From a virus: 64,000 bases of DNA. The notes beneath the pieces were generated by a model. That model made no database searches and had not been told where the DNA came from. It was given only the letters and a program-made list of their open reading frames with translations. The stretch covers positions 1 to 64,000 of the IMG/VR virus record IMGVR_UViG_3300030503_000573. One strand, 5' to 3'. Shown here in pieces: positions 1 through 9,464 of the stretch. Positions within the stretch are counted from its first letter, which is position 1. Every line of letters begins with the position of its first letter. Both the position numbers and the translations under genes were made by a program.

Positions 1-213
1 CCCCTGGAGGTTCGTCTGCTGGGCGACCGTCGGCAGCCCTATGCCCCACAGCTGGACCCAGGCGTTGCCTATCGGCGTCGCCTGCTGGTACACGCTCGCG
101 TCGACCCTCAGCTGGAGGGCCCGGGGGTTCCAGGTGCCGTCGTCGTTGTACGAAGAGTAGACGGTGGGCGAGCCCCCGGCGGCCGGCGTCACCTCCAGCC
201 GGTAGTACCTCAC
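1..213 (-). CDS. Baseplate hub-like protein, N-terminal part (truncated by window edge)
   Basis: GTG at 213 overlaps the stop of the upstream gene; frame open to position 1 (MRYYRLEVTPAAGG...NAWVQLWGIGL); position downstream of tape measure. Confidence 0.6.
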   Translation of the reverse strand, partial: MRYYRLEVTPAAGGSPTVYSSYNDDGTWNPRALQLRVDASVYQQATPIGNAWVQLWGIGLPTVAQQTNLQG

Positions 214-482
214 GTGACCTCGAAGTTCTGGGTGGACGCCCGGAAGACCATCGTGCTGGTCTTAAAGTAGCCAAACAGCAGGTTGATGTCGACGTTAGGT
301 GGCGAGGCGGTCAGCGCCTTCATGAAGATCAGCTGGCCGCTGAGCGTCGTGACGCTGAGGTACCAGCGCCGGCCGAACAGGCTCCAGCTCACCGTGGCCT
401 GGTACACCTGCCCGTCGAGGGTCGGCTTGAACGAGAAGGGCGCGTAGGGGCTCGGCGTGAAGGCCGTGTAGGTGGTGGTCAT
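210..482 (-). CDS. Small baseplate protein
   Basis: 90 aa ORF coupled by ATGA overlaps; FSFKPTLDGQVY...GRRWYL pattern typical of small baseplate genes in Bcep781-like myophages; synteny. Confidence 0.6.
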   Translation of the reverse strand: MTTTYTAFTPSPYAPFSFKPTLDGQVYQATVSWSLFGRRWYLSVTTLSGQLIFMKALTASPPNVDINLLFGYFKTSTMVFRASTQNFEVT

Positions 483-1300
483 GAGCCAACGCCCAGGCCC
501 AGCTCAGAGGCCACGCTCGTCGCCCCGGAGAGGCCGAAGGCCGTGAGGCCAGACGAGACCGCAGGGGCGAGCGGCGAGGCCCCGCCGAGGGCCGAGAGCA
601 CGCCGCCCACGTTGGAGGCGTCTGGAGTTATGGAGCCGGCGACGGTCGAGGGCGGAACCCCGGGGGTGTTGCCCAGGCCACTCCAGGTCGGCGGGTCGCC
701 AGCCACCTGGGTGCCAGAGCTGATCTTGCTCATCAGGTTGTTCTGCGCGGCAGTGGCCGCCGCCTGGGTGATGAGAGGCTGGATGAAGTCCCACTGCCAC
801 TCGGTCTGGACCTGGAGCTGCTCGCCGCCCCCGCCGCCCGAGACGTCGCGCAGGGCCGTGAGCAGGCAGTCGGTGTAGGTGTACGCCGGGGTAGCCACCG
901 TGAAGGTGCCCCCGGCCGCTACGTGCTGCTGCAGCGTCTGCTGCAGCTGGGAGAACACGGAACTCTTGAGCTCGTAGGCCCCGTTGATGCTCGGGGCCGG
1001 GGCCGTCATGTGGAGCGAGACCTTCAGCGGCTCCATGATGATCGCGTTGGCCGCGACGACCCGGTTGGCCAGCGGGTAGGTCGCCACCGCCGCGTCGAAC
1101 AGCGTGGACCCCGGCAGCGGGCGGAAGGCTGCCACGTAGGCGTCTGGGCCGTTGTCCTCAGAGTCGCCGCCCGAGCCGAAGGCCCCGGGCTGGAGCAGGT
1201 TCAGCACCGGCATCATGCCGCCCGGCATGTTGGCCGCGACGCCCCCGGTCAGTATGATCGGGCAGACCTCATAGGTCAGCTGGAAGTCAGCCATCGCCAT
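479..1300 (-). CDS. Tail/baseplate protein (Dit-like tube initiator)
   Basis: Directly after tape measure; YPLAN..VAANA motif; GGAGGAGG RBS. Confidence 0.6.
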   Translation of the reverse strand: MAMADFQLTYEVCPIILTGGVAANMPGGMMPVLNLLQPGAFGSGGDSEDNGPDAYVAAFRPLPGSTLFDAAVATYPLANRVVAANAIIMEPLKVSLHMTAPAPSINGAYELKSSVFSQLQQTLQQHVAAGGTFTVATPAYTYTDCLLTALRDVSGGGGGEQLQVQTEWQWDFIQPLITQAAATAAQNNLMSKISSGTQVAGDPPTWSGLGNTPGVPPSTVAGSITPDASNVGGVLSALGGASPLAPAVSSGLTAFGLSGATSVASELGLGVGS

Positions 1301-1315
1301 GGGGCGGCCTCCTCC

Positions 1316-3094
1316 CTAGTTGGTCAGCGTGCCAGCCGGCACCTGGACCTGGGCACCGGTGTTGTTGTTGATGTTGACCTGGACCTGCTTCTGGGCCCAG
1401 AGCGCGTCGGCGTAGCCCTTGCGGTAGGCCGCCGTCGCATCGAGGCCCTTGCCGCCGCCGGCCGCGACCTCGTAGCGCCGCGAGAAGAAGTCGGCGGCCT
1501 CACCGGGGGTCTTGGTGGTCTGGAAGTCGGAGAACAGGCTCTCGCGGCCCTTGAAGTCATGCGCGAGGAAGAGCAGCTGCTCCTGCATCGCCTGCTTGTA
1601 GTCCTTGACGCTCGTCATGGTGTGGTGGAACATATCCATGTATTCCTTGGACCAGACCTGGTTGGTCTGGTCCCACTGGCCGAGCCCGAAGTGGAGCCGG
1701 CCGTGCTGGTCTACTACATGGTTGAAGGGATTGAGGGAGCTCTCGCGGTCGAGGTTGGCCGCGATGCCGAGCCCCTGCTGATTTGTGATGCCGAGGTTCT
1801 GCGAGAGCCACGCGGCGATCTTCGCATCCTTGATGCCGATCTTGCCGGGGGCGGTGATGGCCGCTGCGGCTCCGGCGTCCATGGTCGGGGTCGGCCCGGG
1901 TATCAGACCCAGCACCTGGAGCAGCTTCTCCAGCCCCGAGGCCACCTTGACGACGTTGTCGATGAAGGCCGGGGCCTTGGAGGCGAAGTCGTCGACGAAC
2001 TTCAGCAGGTGATCCTTGAAGTCCAGGAAGCCCTGGCGGAACCCCGGGCTCTCCAGCTGGTCGGCGAGCCAGTGGACGCCGTGGGCGAGGTCGTCAATCC
2101 ACTTCCCCAGCACCTTGTCCTTGAACAGCTTGTCGAGGAAGTAGGTGAGGGCCTCGCTCAGCTTGCCCAGCGGGCCAGCAAGCGGGGTGATCCAGCGGAT
2201 GAAGTCATTCTTCAGCGTCAGCCCGGCGCGCTCCAGCTGGGTGACGAACTCCTGCCAGGCCCGGTTCTCCTTGTCGGTCAGCCCGAGCTTGGTGTCCGCC
2301 CGGTAGTGGCCGAGCTGGGCATTGAGCTCCTCCTTGGACATGTTGCCCAGGCGGCGCAGGTCGTCCATGGAGATGCCCATGACCGCGAGCGCCTGGACAA
2401 CGGGGTCCTGGGCGGCGCGGTGGCCCTGCTTGTACAGGTCCTGGGCCTTGGAGAGCGTCTCGGCGAACAGCTCAGCCGGGTTCTTCTGCTGAAAGTCCTT
2501 GATGCCCAGAGCCTGGAAGGCCCACATCTGGCCAAAGTCCTGGCGGGCGTTGGCGATGCTCTCCAGGGCCGAGTTGACGTTGGCGAACCGGCCAAGGTTG
2601 ATGTTGGCGCTCTGCTGCTCGCCAGACGAGATGCCGAGCCCGAGCGCCGAGCGCCGGCTCTCGGCGACCCCTCCAATCATGTGCTCCAGGCCGAACAGGC
2701 CACCGAGGCCCAGCAGCCCGGCGAGGCCGCCTCCGATGGAAGTCCACTTCAGGAACTCAGAGGTGATCGAGGCCGCCTGCTTGGCCATGCCGGCCATGTC
2801 GGTCCACATCTTGTGCGTGGCCTTGGAGGCGTCTCGCACGCCCTGCCCCAGGTTCTTCCACAGCTTGACCTGCTTGGCGCTCTCGTCGGTGACGCGCTCG
2901 GCGGCGTCAGCCGCGTCCTCCATAGCGCCCATGGCATCCTGGAGCGGCTTGAGCATCTCGTCGACCGCCTCGGTGACGTAGCCCCACTCGCCCGGCAGCT
3001 CCTTGACGTCGGCCTTGTACTTCTCGAAGTCGGCCTGGAAGCGCTTGAATGCGTCGTCCCTGACGTCGACCTCAATGATGCTCTTGGCTACCAT
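1316..3094 (-). CDS. Tape measure protein with C-terminal phage tail lysozyme domain
   Basis: 592 aa helical Ala-rich protein after the tail chaperone; GIAANLDRESSLNP...GLGQW lysozyme-like motif. Confidence 0.85.
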   Translation of the reverse strand: MVAKSIIEVDVRDDAFKRFQADFEKYKADVKELPGEWGYVTEAVDEMLKPLQDAMGAMEDAADAAERVTDESAKQVKLWKNLGQGVRDASKATHKMWTDMAGMAKQAASITSEFLKWTSIGGGLAGLLGLGGLFGLEHMIGGVAESRRSALGLGISSGEQQSANINLGRFANVNSALESIANARQDFGQMWAFQALGIKDFQQKNPAELFAETLSKAQDLYKQGHRAAQDPVVQALAVMGISMDDLRRLGNMSKEELNAQLGHYRADTKLGLTDKENRAWQEFVTQLERAGLTLKNDFIRWITPLAGPLGKLSEALTYFLDKLFKDKVLGKWIDDLAHGVHWLADQLESPGFRQGFLDFKDHLLKFVDDFASKAPAFIDNVVKVASGLEKLLQVLGLIPGPTPTMDAGAAAAITAPGKIGIKDAKIAAWLSQNLGITNQQGLGIAANLDRESSLNPFNHVVDQHGRLHFGLGQWDQTNQVWSKEYMDMFHHTMTSVKDYKQAMQEQLLFLAHDFKGRESLFSDFQTTKTPGEAADFFSRRYEVAAGGGKGLDATAAYRKGYADALWAQKQVQVNINNNTGAQVQVPAGTLTN

Positions 3095-3095
3095 G

Positions 3096-3419
3096 TCACC
3101 TCGTCGCCTTGGTTGTCATGGCCCGGAAGAGCCCCATCGAGTAGCGCTGGCGCCAGGTGCCGGCGTCCACAAAGACCTTGTCGAACTCCAGCCGGCGCGC
3201 GACCGCGCCGAACCCGGGGCCCGAGGCCCAGTCTAGGTAGGTATGGTAGAGGGTGTTGCCCTCCGCGAGGTAGCGGCGGCCGGCGTCAAGGTCGGCAAGC
3301 CATCCCTCCACGCCGAAAAGGGCGACGAGGTAACTTCCCAGCCCCACATCCCAGCCGCGCTCGTCAGTATCGGCATCAGGACCGACCGCTTGTGCATGGC
3401 TGAGTTGACCATAAAAAAA
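3096..3419 (-). CDS. -1 frameshift extension of tail assembly chaperone (GT-type product)
   Basis: T TTT TTT slippery run at 3413-3419; the -1 frame is open from there to 3096, abutting the tape measure start. Confidence 0.7.
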   Translation of the reverse strand, partial: FFYGQLSHAQAVGPDADTDERGWDVGLGSYLVALFGVEGWLADLDAGRRYLAEGNTLYHTYLDWASGPGFGAVARRLEFDKVFVDAGTWRQRYSMGLFRAMTTKATR

Positions 3420-3829
3420 GCCACGGCGGCCTCCACCTCCGCCGCCTCGTCAGCGCTGATGAGCCCCTGGTTCTTGGCGGCTTCCAGCGGCTGCTGGTCC
3501 CAGGTGCCGTCGACCTTGGGTGCCAGCACGGTGGTGCGGCGGCGGAACTCGCCCACCAGCCCCAGCTCGACCCCGTCGGGGCCCTCCCACCAGTTGCGGT
3601 CGCCGTCGCGCGCCGTCGAGGTGGCGACGTCCTTCAGCACCATGGGCATCACCTTGGGGCCCGCGAAGACGTGGAGCCGCTCGGCGTACAGCTTGGAGAA
3701 GGCCTTCGAGATGACCAGGTAGTAGAACTCAAAGGTCTCGCGCCTGATCGGCGTCGAGTAGCAGTACAGCTTAGCCTCGCCCCGGTCGATGGGTATGACG
3801 AGGTTAAGCTCGCGGTCCACGGTCGTCAT
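3233..3829 (-). CDS. Tail assembly chaperone
   Basis: Between tube and tape measure; contains slippery AFF codons GCT TTT TTT. Confidence 0.75.
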   Translation of the reverse strand: MTTVDRELNLVIPIDRGEAKLYCYSTPIRRETFEFYYLVISKAFSKLYAERLHVFAGPKVMPMVLKDVATSTARDGDRNWWEGPDGVELGLVGEFRRRTTVLAPKVDGTWDQQPLEAAKNQGLISADEAAEVEAAVAFFMVNSAMHKRSVLMPILTSAAGMWGWEVTSSPFSAWRDGLPTLTPAAATSRRATPSTIPT

Positions 3830-3859
3830 GTAGCGCCTCCCTCAAGGCGCGGGCTCAGG

Positions 3860-4324
3860 CTAGATCGCCGACGCGGCGGCCTGCTCCCACAGCTGGCTGT
3901 TGATGTAGTAGGTGCCTTGCAGCACCACGGTGAAGTCGACCGAGCCGCCGCTCATGGCCAGCTCGCTCGGGCCGCTCTTGATGGTGCAGTTCGACAGGTA
4001 GTAGGTGTCCCCCACCGGTGAGTCGGTCGTCAGCGTGACGTCGCCGATGAGGGCGCTCTGCTCCATCTGGCCCTTCCAGCTCCAGGCAAGCCCCTGCGCC
4101 CGGTTTAGGTGGATGGCAAGCGTGGCGATCTGATACGGGTTCGGCGACGGCACCGCCCCCGTCAGCGTCGGCAGGTAGGCGCTCGCCTCGCCCTCCAGCG
4201 TCAGCATCACGCCCTCGGGCGCCAGGAAGCTCGACGACACATTCAGGTCAGGGTTGTCGACGACCGAGACGTTGACGAGAAGCTTGTTGAGTGTGCCTTG
4301 GGGGATCAGCGGGTTCGAGGCCAT
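3860..4324 (-). CDS. Tail tube protein
   Basis: 154 aa beta-rich protein immediately after sheath. Confidence 0.75.
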   Translation of the reverse strand: MASNPLIPQGTLNKLLVNVSVVDNPDLNVSSSFLAPEGVMLTLEGEASAYLPTLTGAVPSPNPYQIATLAIHLNRAQGLAWSWKGQMEQSALIGDVTLTTDSPVGDTYYLSNCTIKSGPSELAMSGGSVDFTVVLQGTYYINSQLWEQAAASAI

Positions 4325-4362
4325 CGCGGCGCGGCTCCTGGGCTAGGGGTTCTGACCGGGGC

Positions 4363-5760
4363 CTAGCCTGCCACCAGGTCGGTGACGGTCAGGTCGAAGA
4401 GAATCTGGATGAAGCCGAGCTGCGGGATGAAGATGCAGCTGATGCCCGAGTACAGGCCCTGGCCGTAGTCGTTGGGGTTCTCGGCCGTGTAGGCGTTGAA
4501 CGGCTCGGCGTTGATGACGATCTGCCCGGCGTACAGGCCCGCGTTGTAGTTGGCGACGAACTGGGCGATGGGCAGCGAGGTCGCGATGACCTGGCCGTTG
4601 CCCAGCCCGTAGCTCACCGCCGACTTCATCGTCTGGACGGCCTTGGCCTGGAGGCGGTTGATGCCGTCCTGGTTGTAGTACAGCGGGTTGATGTTTGAGT
4701 TCGACCCGTTGATGACCAGGTTGGACAGGTTCAGGTTGATGTTGATCTGGGCCCAGTCGGCGGCGTACCAGAAGTTCCACATGTTCCCGTCGGACATCTT
4801 GCCGATGAAGACACAGGTGTTGGAGATGCCGCCCTCGTACCCGGTCCAGATCCAGTTGACGTTGTTGGTCCGCAGGGTCGAGAGGGTGGTGAGGTTGCCG
4901 GGTATAGGCCACGGCGTGACGCCGTAGACGAAGGCGTACTGGGCCGGGGGCACCTTGTTGGTGCTGGAGGGGTTCTGGCCGAGGGCCCAGGCGAACGGCG
5001 CGGCGCACGTGAACTCGGTCGAGGCGTTGCCCGGGGCGACGCCCGGGGCCTCGGCGAGGGCGTACACGCACTTGTGCGCCGCGTACCCAGAGTAGGTGCC
5101 AACGGTCGTGGTGACGTAGAAGTACGTCAGCATGTCCGGGTTGTCGTAGTCGGCCAGAATCTCGGTGAACGCCGACAGGGCGTCCCAGTCGCGAGGGACC
5201 AGCCAGTCGTACACGACCTTGGGGTTGGCGGTGATCCAGGCCTGGAGCTCCGGGGGCCCGAGGGCCACGTCCTGTTCGCCCAGCTCCAGCACGTAAATCT
5301 GCTGGTAGAAGCTCGTCTGCGCCCAGACGGTGTTGTTCATCTGCTGCAGCTCGATGGCCGACCACAGCGTGGCGGTGCCGGGGGTCGTCTCGGTGCCCGG
5401 GTTGGACGCCAGCGGGTAGGTGAAGGTCGAGGCCCCGGTGACAGTGGCCTGGAACTTGCCGTTGTAGCCGGCGGGCACCGCCCCCGCGATCAGCACCGGG
5501 ATGACGTCGCCGTTCGTCCACCCGTGCGGGTTGACAGTGGTGACCGTCGCGACCGAGGAGGCCCAGGTGATCGAGGTGATCGCCAGGGTCGGCGCCAGCA
5601 TGGTGGCGAGGTTCTGCGGGCCCGTCAGGGGCGTGAGCGAACCGACCTCGTTGGTGGTGCCACCCTGCGAGATGAGGGCCCCCGTGCGCTGCAGCGTCGA
5701 GGGCAGCGGCGCGAGCTGGACCTGGGTGTTGACTAGGACGATTGCCGTGGGGTCGGTCAT
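4363..5760 (-). CDS. Tail sheath protein (DUF3383-like) with inserted beta domain
   Basis: 465 aa; C-terminal WYAADW...PLYYNQDGINRL motif of sheath proteins. Confidence 0.85.
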   Translation of the reverse strand: MTDPTAIVLVNTQVQLAPLPSTLQRTGALISQGGTTNEVGSLTPLTGPQNLATMLAPTLAITSITWASSVATVTTVNPHGWTNGDVIPVLIAGAVPAGYNGKFQATVTGASTFTYPLASNPGTETTPGTATLWSAIELQQMNNTVWAQTSFYQQIYVLELGEQDVALGPPELQAWITANPKVVYDWLVPRDWDALSAFTEILADYDNPDMLTYFYVTTTVGTYSGYAAHKCVYALAEAPGVAPGNASTEFTCAAPFAWALGQNPSSTNKVPPAQYAFVYGVTPWPIPGNLTTLSTLRTNNVNWIWTGYEGGISNTCVFIGKMSDGNMWNFWYAADWAQININLNLSNLVINGSNSNINPLYYNQDGINRLQAKAVQTMKSAVSYGLGNGQVIATSLPIAQFVANYNAGLYAGQIVINAEPFNAYTAENPNDYGQGLYSGISCIFIPQLGFIQILFDLTVTDLVAG

Positions 5761-6021
5761 CTAGGCGTCTCCGGTCGGGTGCGGCTGTTCGTCGGTGATG
5801 GTCTGGGGCTCGGGGGCGGCTTCGGCCTCCGCAGGGGCTTCGGCCTCCTCCGGCTTCTCCGCTGGCGGAGTAGGTGCCTCGGCGACCTCGGTTGGCCGCT
5901 CGGGCACAGGGACCGGCTGCGGGGCCTCCTCCGGCACCTCCTCCGGCACCGAGACGCGGCCGAAGGCCCGTCGCCGGGCCTGCAGGTTCGCGATCTGGGC
6001 GAGCGGCCCCACGGCGGTCAT
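5761..6021 (-). CDS. Hypothetical Pro/Glu-rich protein
   Basis: ATG at 6021 with GGAG RBS; fills the gap between neighbouring genes. Confidence 0.5.
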   Translation of the reverse strand: MTAVGPLAQIANLQARRRAFGRVSVPEEVPEEAPQPVPVPERPTEVAEAPTPPAEKPEEAEAPAEAEAAPEPQTITDEQPHPTGDA

Positions 6022-6031
6022 GAGCAGGCTC

Positions 6032-6358
6032 CTACGCGGCGACCGCGAGGGTGAACGGCGCCAGCGAGGCCGTGTCGCCCGTCGCGTCCTGGGCCGTGAT
6101 AACGATGCCCGGGAAGCTGCCGTTGACCGTGGGGGTGCCGGCGACGGCCCCGGTGGTGCCATTGAGCGTGATGCCCGCCGGCAGGGCCCCGGCCGTCACC
6201 GAGTAGGTGTACGGCGAGTGGCCGTTGGCGGCTGTGACCGAGAACCCGGTGTACGCGGTCCCCTGCGTCGCCGAGGTCACCGGCGTGCCGCTGATGGTCA
6301 AGGCCGCAGCGGCGGCCGGCCCCACGGCGGCCACCTGCGTCAGGTGAGCGGGCTGCAT
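6032..6358 (-). CDS. Putative Ig (He_PIG) domain virion protein
   Basis: PYTYSVTAGALPAGITLNGTTGAVAGTPT signature. Confidence 0.75.
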   Translation of the reverse strand: MQPAHLTQVAAVGPAAAAALTISGTPVTSATQGTAYTGFSVTAANGHSPYTYSVTAGALPAGITLNGTTGAVAGTPTVNGSFPGIVITAQDATGDTASLAPFTLAVAA

Positions 6359-6365
6359 GGCCGGC

Positions 6366-6692
6366 CTAGAAAGAGAAGTTGCCGAAGGCGTAGACCTTCA
6401 CGTTCGCCCCGGTGACGACGGAGTAGCCGCCGTTGACCGAGGGCGCGTTCCACGGGATGAAGAACGGCACCAGGGAGGCGACCGAGCTTGCGCCCCCGGC
6501 GAAGACCTCCTCGTTGGTGCCCCCGTCGGAAATCTGGACCTCGCCGGGCGAGGTGGTCAGCGGCACGACGAGCAGGCCGATGAGCAGGTTGCCCGCGACC
6601 CCCGCGCTGCCCAGGGGCGTCGTCTCAGACGCCGGGCAGACCACGTAGGGGGCCGGGAGGTTTTGGGTAGCGATGGGGTTCTGCTGGCCCAT
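6366..6692 (-). CDS. Hypothetical virion protein
   Basis: ATG at 6692 with AGGAG RBS; beta-rich. Confidence 0.55.
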   Translation of the reverse strand: MGQQNPIATQNLPAPYVVCPASETTPLGSAGVAGNLLIGLLVVPLTTSPGEVQISDGGTNEEVFAGGASSVASLVPFFIPWNAPSVNGGYSVVTGANVKVYAFGNFSF

Positions 6693-6706
6693 GTGGGCGC
6701 ACTCCT

Positions 6707-7786
6707 CTAGATGACGACCTCGAAGGTCGGGATGCATGTCAGGATCAGCTGGCGGGCGACGTCCCTCACCCGGCTCTGCTGGTAGCTCACCTCAAAGTCG
6801 ACCGTCTTCTTCTGGGCCAGCACCGAGACCTCGGCCTGGGTTCGCTTGTCGTCTCGTATCACCGGGCCGCTCATCAGCCCGATGTCCGAGTACCGCCAGG
6901 AATGCCCGATGACCGCGTCCACCCAGTCGTACGCCGCGTTGGCGCGCACCCCGTACAGCGTGACCCGCACCCGGTCAGCCATCAGCTGGTAGCGCGAGCC
7001 GGTGGCGTCGTAGTACGGCACGGGCTGGAGCGCCCGGGTGGCGTCTGGGCTGATGTGGATGACCCCGTAGGGCGGCCTGATGTTGTCAGGCACCGCGAAC
7101 GAGGGGTACAGCGGGAAGTACGTAGTGAGGCCAAGCCAGATCGGCAGCGAGTTAGAGACCACGAGCGAGCGGCCGTCGAACCCCGTGAGGTCGTCGACCA
7201 GCTGCGGCTCCATCACCGGGTACAGGGCGTCGCCCTCGTAGTGGTGGAGGCCGGCCTGCTTGTAGTACTGGTGCGAGACCGTGAACGCGTACCGGTAGTC
7301 GCCCAGGCAGGCCACCCACATCTCGGTCGGGGCGATCTGGTTGAGCTCCTGGACCTCCTGGGTGGAGGTCAAGTGGATGCGGTTGACAGAGAAGCTCTCG
7401 GCCTCATCCTGGTTGTTCGTCGTGGTGACGTGCAGCGACGCCAGCACAGTCAGCTCGCACGCTGGGGTGACGACCTCGGGCGGCGCGTTGAAGGGGGCCG
7501 TGTTGAACGGCGAGGTGCCGAACTGGGCGCTCGGGCCCAGCAGGTCGGCACGAACCCAGAACACGAACCCGTCGAGCGGCAGCACCACGCGCACGTAGCG
7601 CCTGAAGGTGACCTGCTGCTGTTGGGAGATGACCCCGAGCCCGGCGCGCAGCGCTGAGGCCAGAGGGTTGGTGTCGGGGCCGCTCTCACCTGGAGAGGAA
7701 CCGTACGGGGCGGTCTGGGCCCAGGTGAGCGAGCCAGAGACCGCCGCCGCGCCCTGGATGGTGCCTGCGGCGTAGACGTCGCTCAC
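6707..7786 (-). CDS. Head closure / tail completion protein
   Basis: 359 aa in neck region; FRRYVRVVLPLDGFVFW motif seen in Bcep781-like neck proteins. Confidence 0.6.
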   Translation of the reverse strand: MSDVYAAGTIQGAAAVSGSLTWAQTAPYGSSPGESGPDTNPLASALRAGLGVISQQQQVTFRRYVRVVLPLDGFVFWVRADLLGPSAQFGTSPFNTAPFNAPPEVVTPACELTVLASLHVTTTNNQDEAESFSVNRIHLTSTQEVQELNQIAPTEMWVACLGDYRYAFTVSHQYYKQAGLHHYEGDALYPVMEPQLVDDLTGFDGRSLVVSNSLPIWLGLTTYFPLYPSFAVPDNIRPPYGVIHISPDATRALQPVPYYDATGSRYQLMADRVRVTLYGVRANAAYDWVDAVIGHSWRYSDIGLMSGPVIRDDKRTQAEVSVLAQKKTVDFEVSYQQSRVRDVARQLILTCIPTFEVVI

Positions 7787-7795
7787 GCCGGGGGC

Positions 7796-8239
7796 CTAGT
7801 TCTCGCCGATGCTTGTCGACGTCGTGAGGATGGGGGTGAGGCCCACACCGATGGTGATCAGCGGCGAGATGGGCCCGGAGTACAGCAGCACCCCGCCCCC
7901 GGTCGACAGCGTGCCGATGCCCATGAAGGCAGCCGTTGCCGCCGCGCCCGAGGTCACGGTGGGGAAGGAGATGTTGGATGTGGGGTACAGGATGCCGGCT
8001 GACGAGACCGTGAAGCCGCCCGTCAGGCGGGCGACGGCGACCCGGGCGTACGGCGTGTAGCTCAGCTCAGCGGTCGCCTGGTTGCCACCCGGCCCGGGGT
8101 CGGTCGTGTGCAGCGAGATGTAGAGGTCGGCGAACTCCGCGCCCGAGGTGTCAGGCAGGAACAGCCCCGTGATGCCGCCGGTGCCGTTGAACAGGGCGTT
8201 CAGGAAGGCGTTGGCGAGGTATGTGGACTTGCCGCTCAT
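7796..8239 (-). CDS. Virion structural protein (fiber-associated family)
   Basis: LYISLHTTDPG...ELSYTPYARVAV motif common in phage structural proteins. Confidence 0.6.
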   Translation of the reverse strand: MSGKSTYLANAFLNALFNGTGGITGLFLPDTSGAEFADLYISLHTTDPGPGGNQATAELSYTPYARVAVARLTGGFTVSSAGILYPTSNISFPTVTSGAAATAAFMGIGTLSTGGGVLLYSGPISPLITIGVGLTPILTTSTSIGEN

Positions 8240-8248
8240 CGCCGCTCC

Positions 8249-8767
8249 CTAGTTCCCTGTGACCCAGGCCTTCATCGAGGCCTGGTACAGACCCGAATAG
8301 CGGAAGGAGGCGCGGCGCGCGCCCTTCCCAGACTTCTTCCTCGGCGTGGTGCCCTGCCGGGCAGCCTTGGTAGGCACTCCCGGCACCCCGTAGCCTGCGA
8401 AGGCCTCCTCAGAGATGGCCGCCTTGAAGCCCTCTTCGATGAAGCCCATCGCGGGGGCGAGCAGGTCGGGCTTCGGGGGTGCCCCCGTCATCATGTCTTC
8501 TAGCTCACCTGCCATCGCGTCAGCGAAGGCGTCGGCCACGGCAAGCTCGTTGTTCTCGTACCAGACCTCCATGAGGTGGTACTTGTCCTCCAGCAGGGTC
8601 GCGACGTCACCCGTGGTCTCGTTCGGCGTCTTGGAGCCGCCGCCCTTCTTGGTGGCCCGCGCCTTCTTCGGATGCTGGGCCGGCCGCGCCTTGGCGACCG
8701 AGCGCACCGTGGGGGCGTCTGGGCCGTAGGGGACGTCGAGAACGCCCAGGTGGAGGGTGAGGGTCAC
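8249..8767 (-). CDS. Neck / head-tail joining protein
   Basis: LHLGVLDVPY...TTGDVATLLEDKYHLM, C-terminal SGLYQASMKAWV; position. Confidence 0.6.
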   Translation of the reverse strand: MTLTLHLGVLDVPYGPDAPTVRSVAKARPAQHPKKARATKKGGGSKTPNETTGDVATLLEDKYHLMEVWYENNELAVADAFADAMAGELEDMMTGAPPKPDLLAPAMGFIEEGFKAAISEEAFAGYGVPGVPTKAARQGTTPRKKSGKGARRASFRYSGLYQASMKAWVTGN

Positions 8768-9102
8768 ACGCCACCTCCTACGATCTCGCCGTTGGTGATG
8801 AAGCCGTGCCAGTTGCCGCCCGGGCTGCCGTCGATGGACGGCCTAACCGTCAGGTTCTCGAACTCACCTTCTATGGACCAGTGCGTGCCCTCTCTGGAGC
8901 CTTGCACGTCGTGACGACCGAACTCACGGTCCTCATCGTCGCCCTTCAGCGCCTCGGCAAACAGCGCCCACTGCTCACGGTGCGGCGGAGAAGCGAGAAA
9001 GCAAGACTGCCAGCACTGACGCCGCGTCGGGCAACGAAAGATGAAGCCGACGCGGCGGCCATCCTTGACCAGCCACCTAGGCTCCAGCTCTGTGAGCCTC
9101 AC
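8764..9102 (-). CDS. Hypothetical protein, DUF6527-like
   Basis: FIFRCP..C...LTVRPSI....WHGFITNGE pattern; GTGA overlap with upstream gene. Confidence 0.5.
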   Translation of the reverse strand: MRLTELEPRWLVKDGRRVGFIFRCPTRRQCWQSCFLASPPHREQWALFAEALKGDDEDREFGRHDVQGSREGTHWSIEGEFENLTVRPSIDGSPGGNWHGFITNGEIVGGGV

Positions 9103-9440
9103 GGTGCCAGCAGCTCGACCATGGTCACGACGTCTCCAGCCGTTCCCGACAGCCAAATCTCGCCCTGCCAGACAGGCGCGGCCCCACCAGTGAACTGCCC
9201 GTACGAAAAGCCCATCTCAGTGATGGGAATGCCGGGCATACCGGAATTGTTGACCGTGCTGTCGTACCAGAACCAGTCCGACCCCGAGCCGCTGACCACG
9301 AAGGCTGTCCAACCCACCCTGGCCGGGTTCGCTGGCAGGGCGCGCTGGGCTACTGTGTCCTGAGCGACCGTGACATTCGTGTTCTTGGTCGATGAGGCCG
9401 TCGTATTCGATGGCCAGACTGGTATTGGCCCCTGCGGCAT
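9099..9440 (-). CDS. Hypothetical virion protein
   Basis: 113 aa ORF in structural operon. Confidence 0.55.
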   Translation of the reverse strand: MPQGPIPVWPSNTTASSTKNTNVTVAQDTVAQRALPANPARVGWTAFVVSGSGSDWFWYDSTVNNSGMPGIPITEMGFSYGQFTGGAAPVWQGEIWLSGTAGDVVTMVELLAP

Positions 9441-9464
9441 CGTCTACCCCCCTGGTGGAGGGGG

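Noticed and set aside
923-3403. 826-aa plus-strand ORF and other long antisense ORFs (e.g. 10002-11405, 11694-13616, 19864-21540, 25260-26804)
   Set aside because: Shadow frames of real opposite-strand genes caused by high GC3; no motifs or RBS
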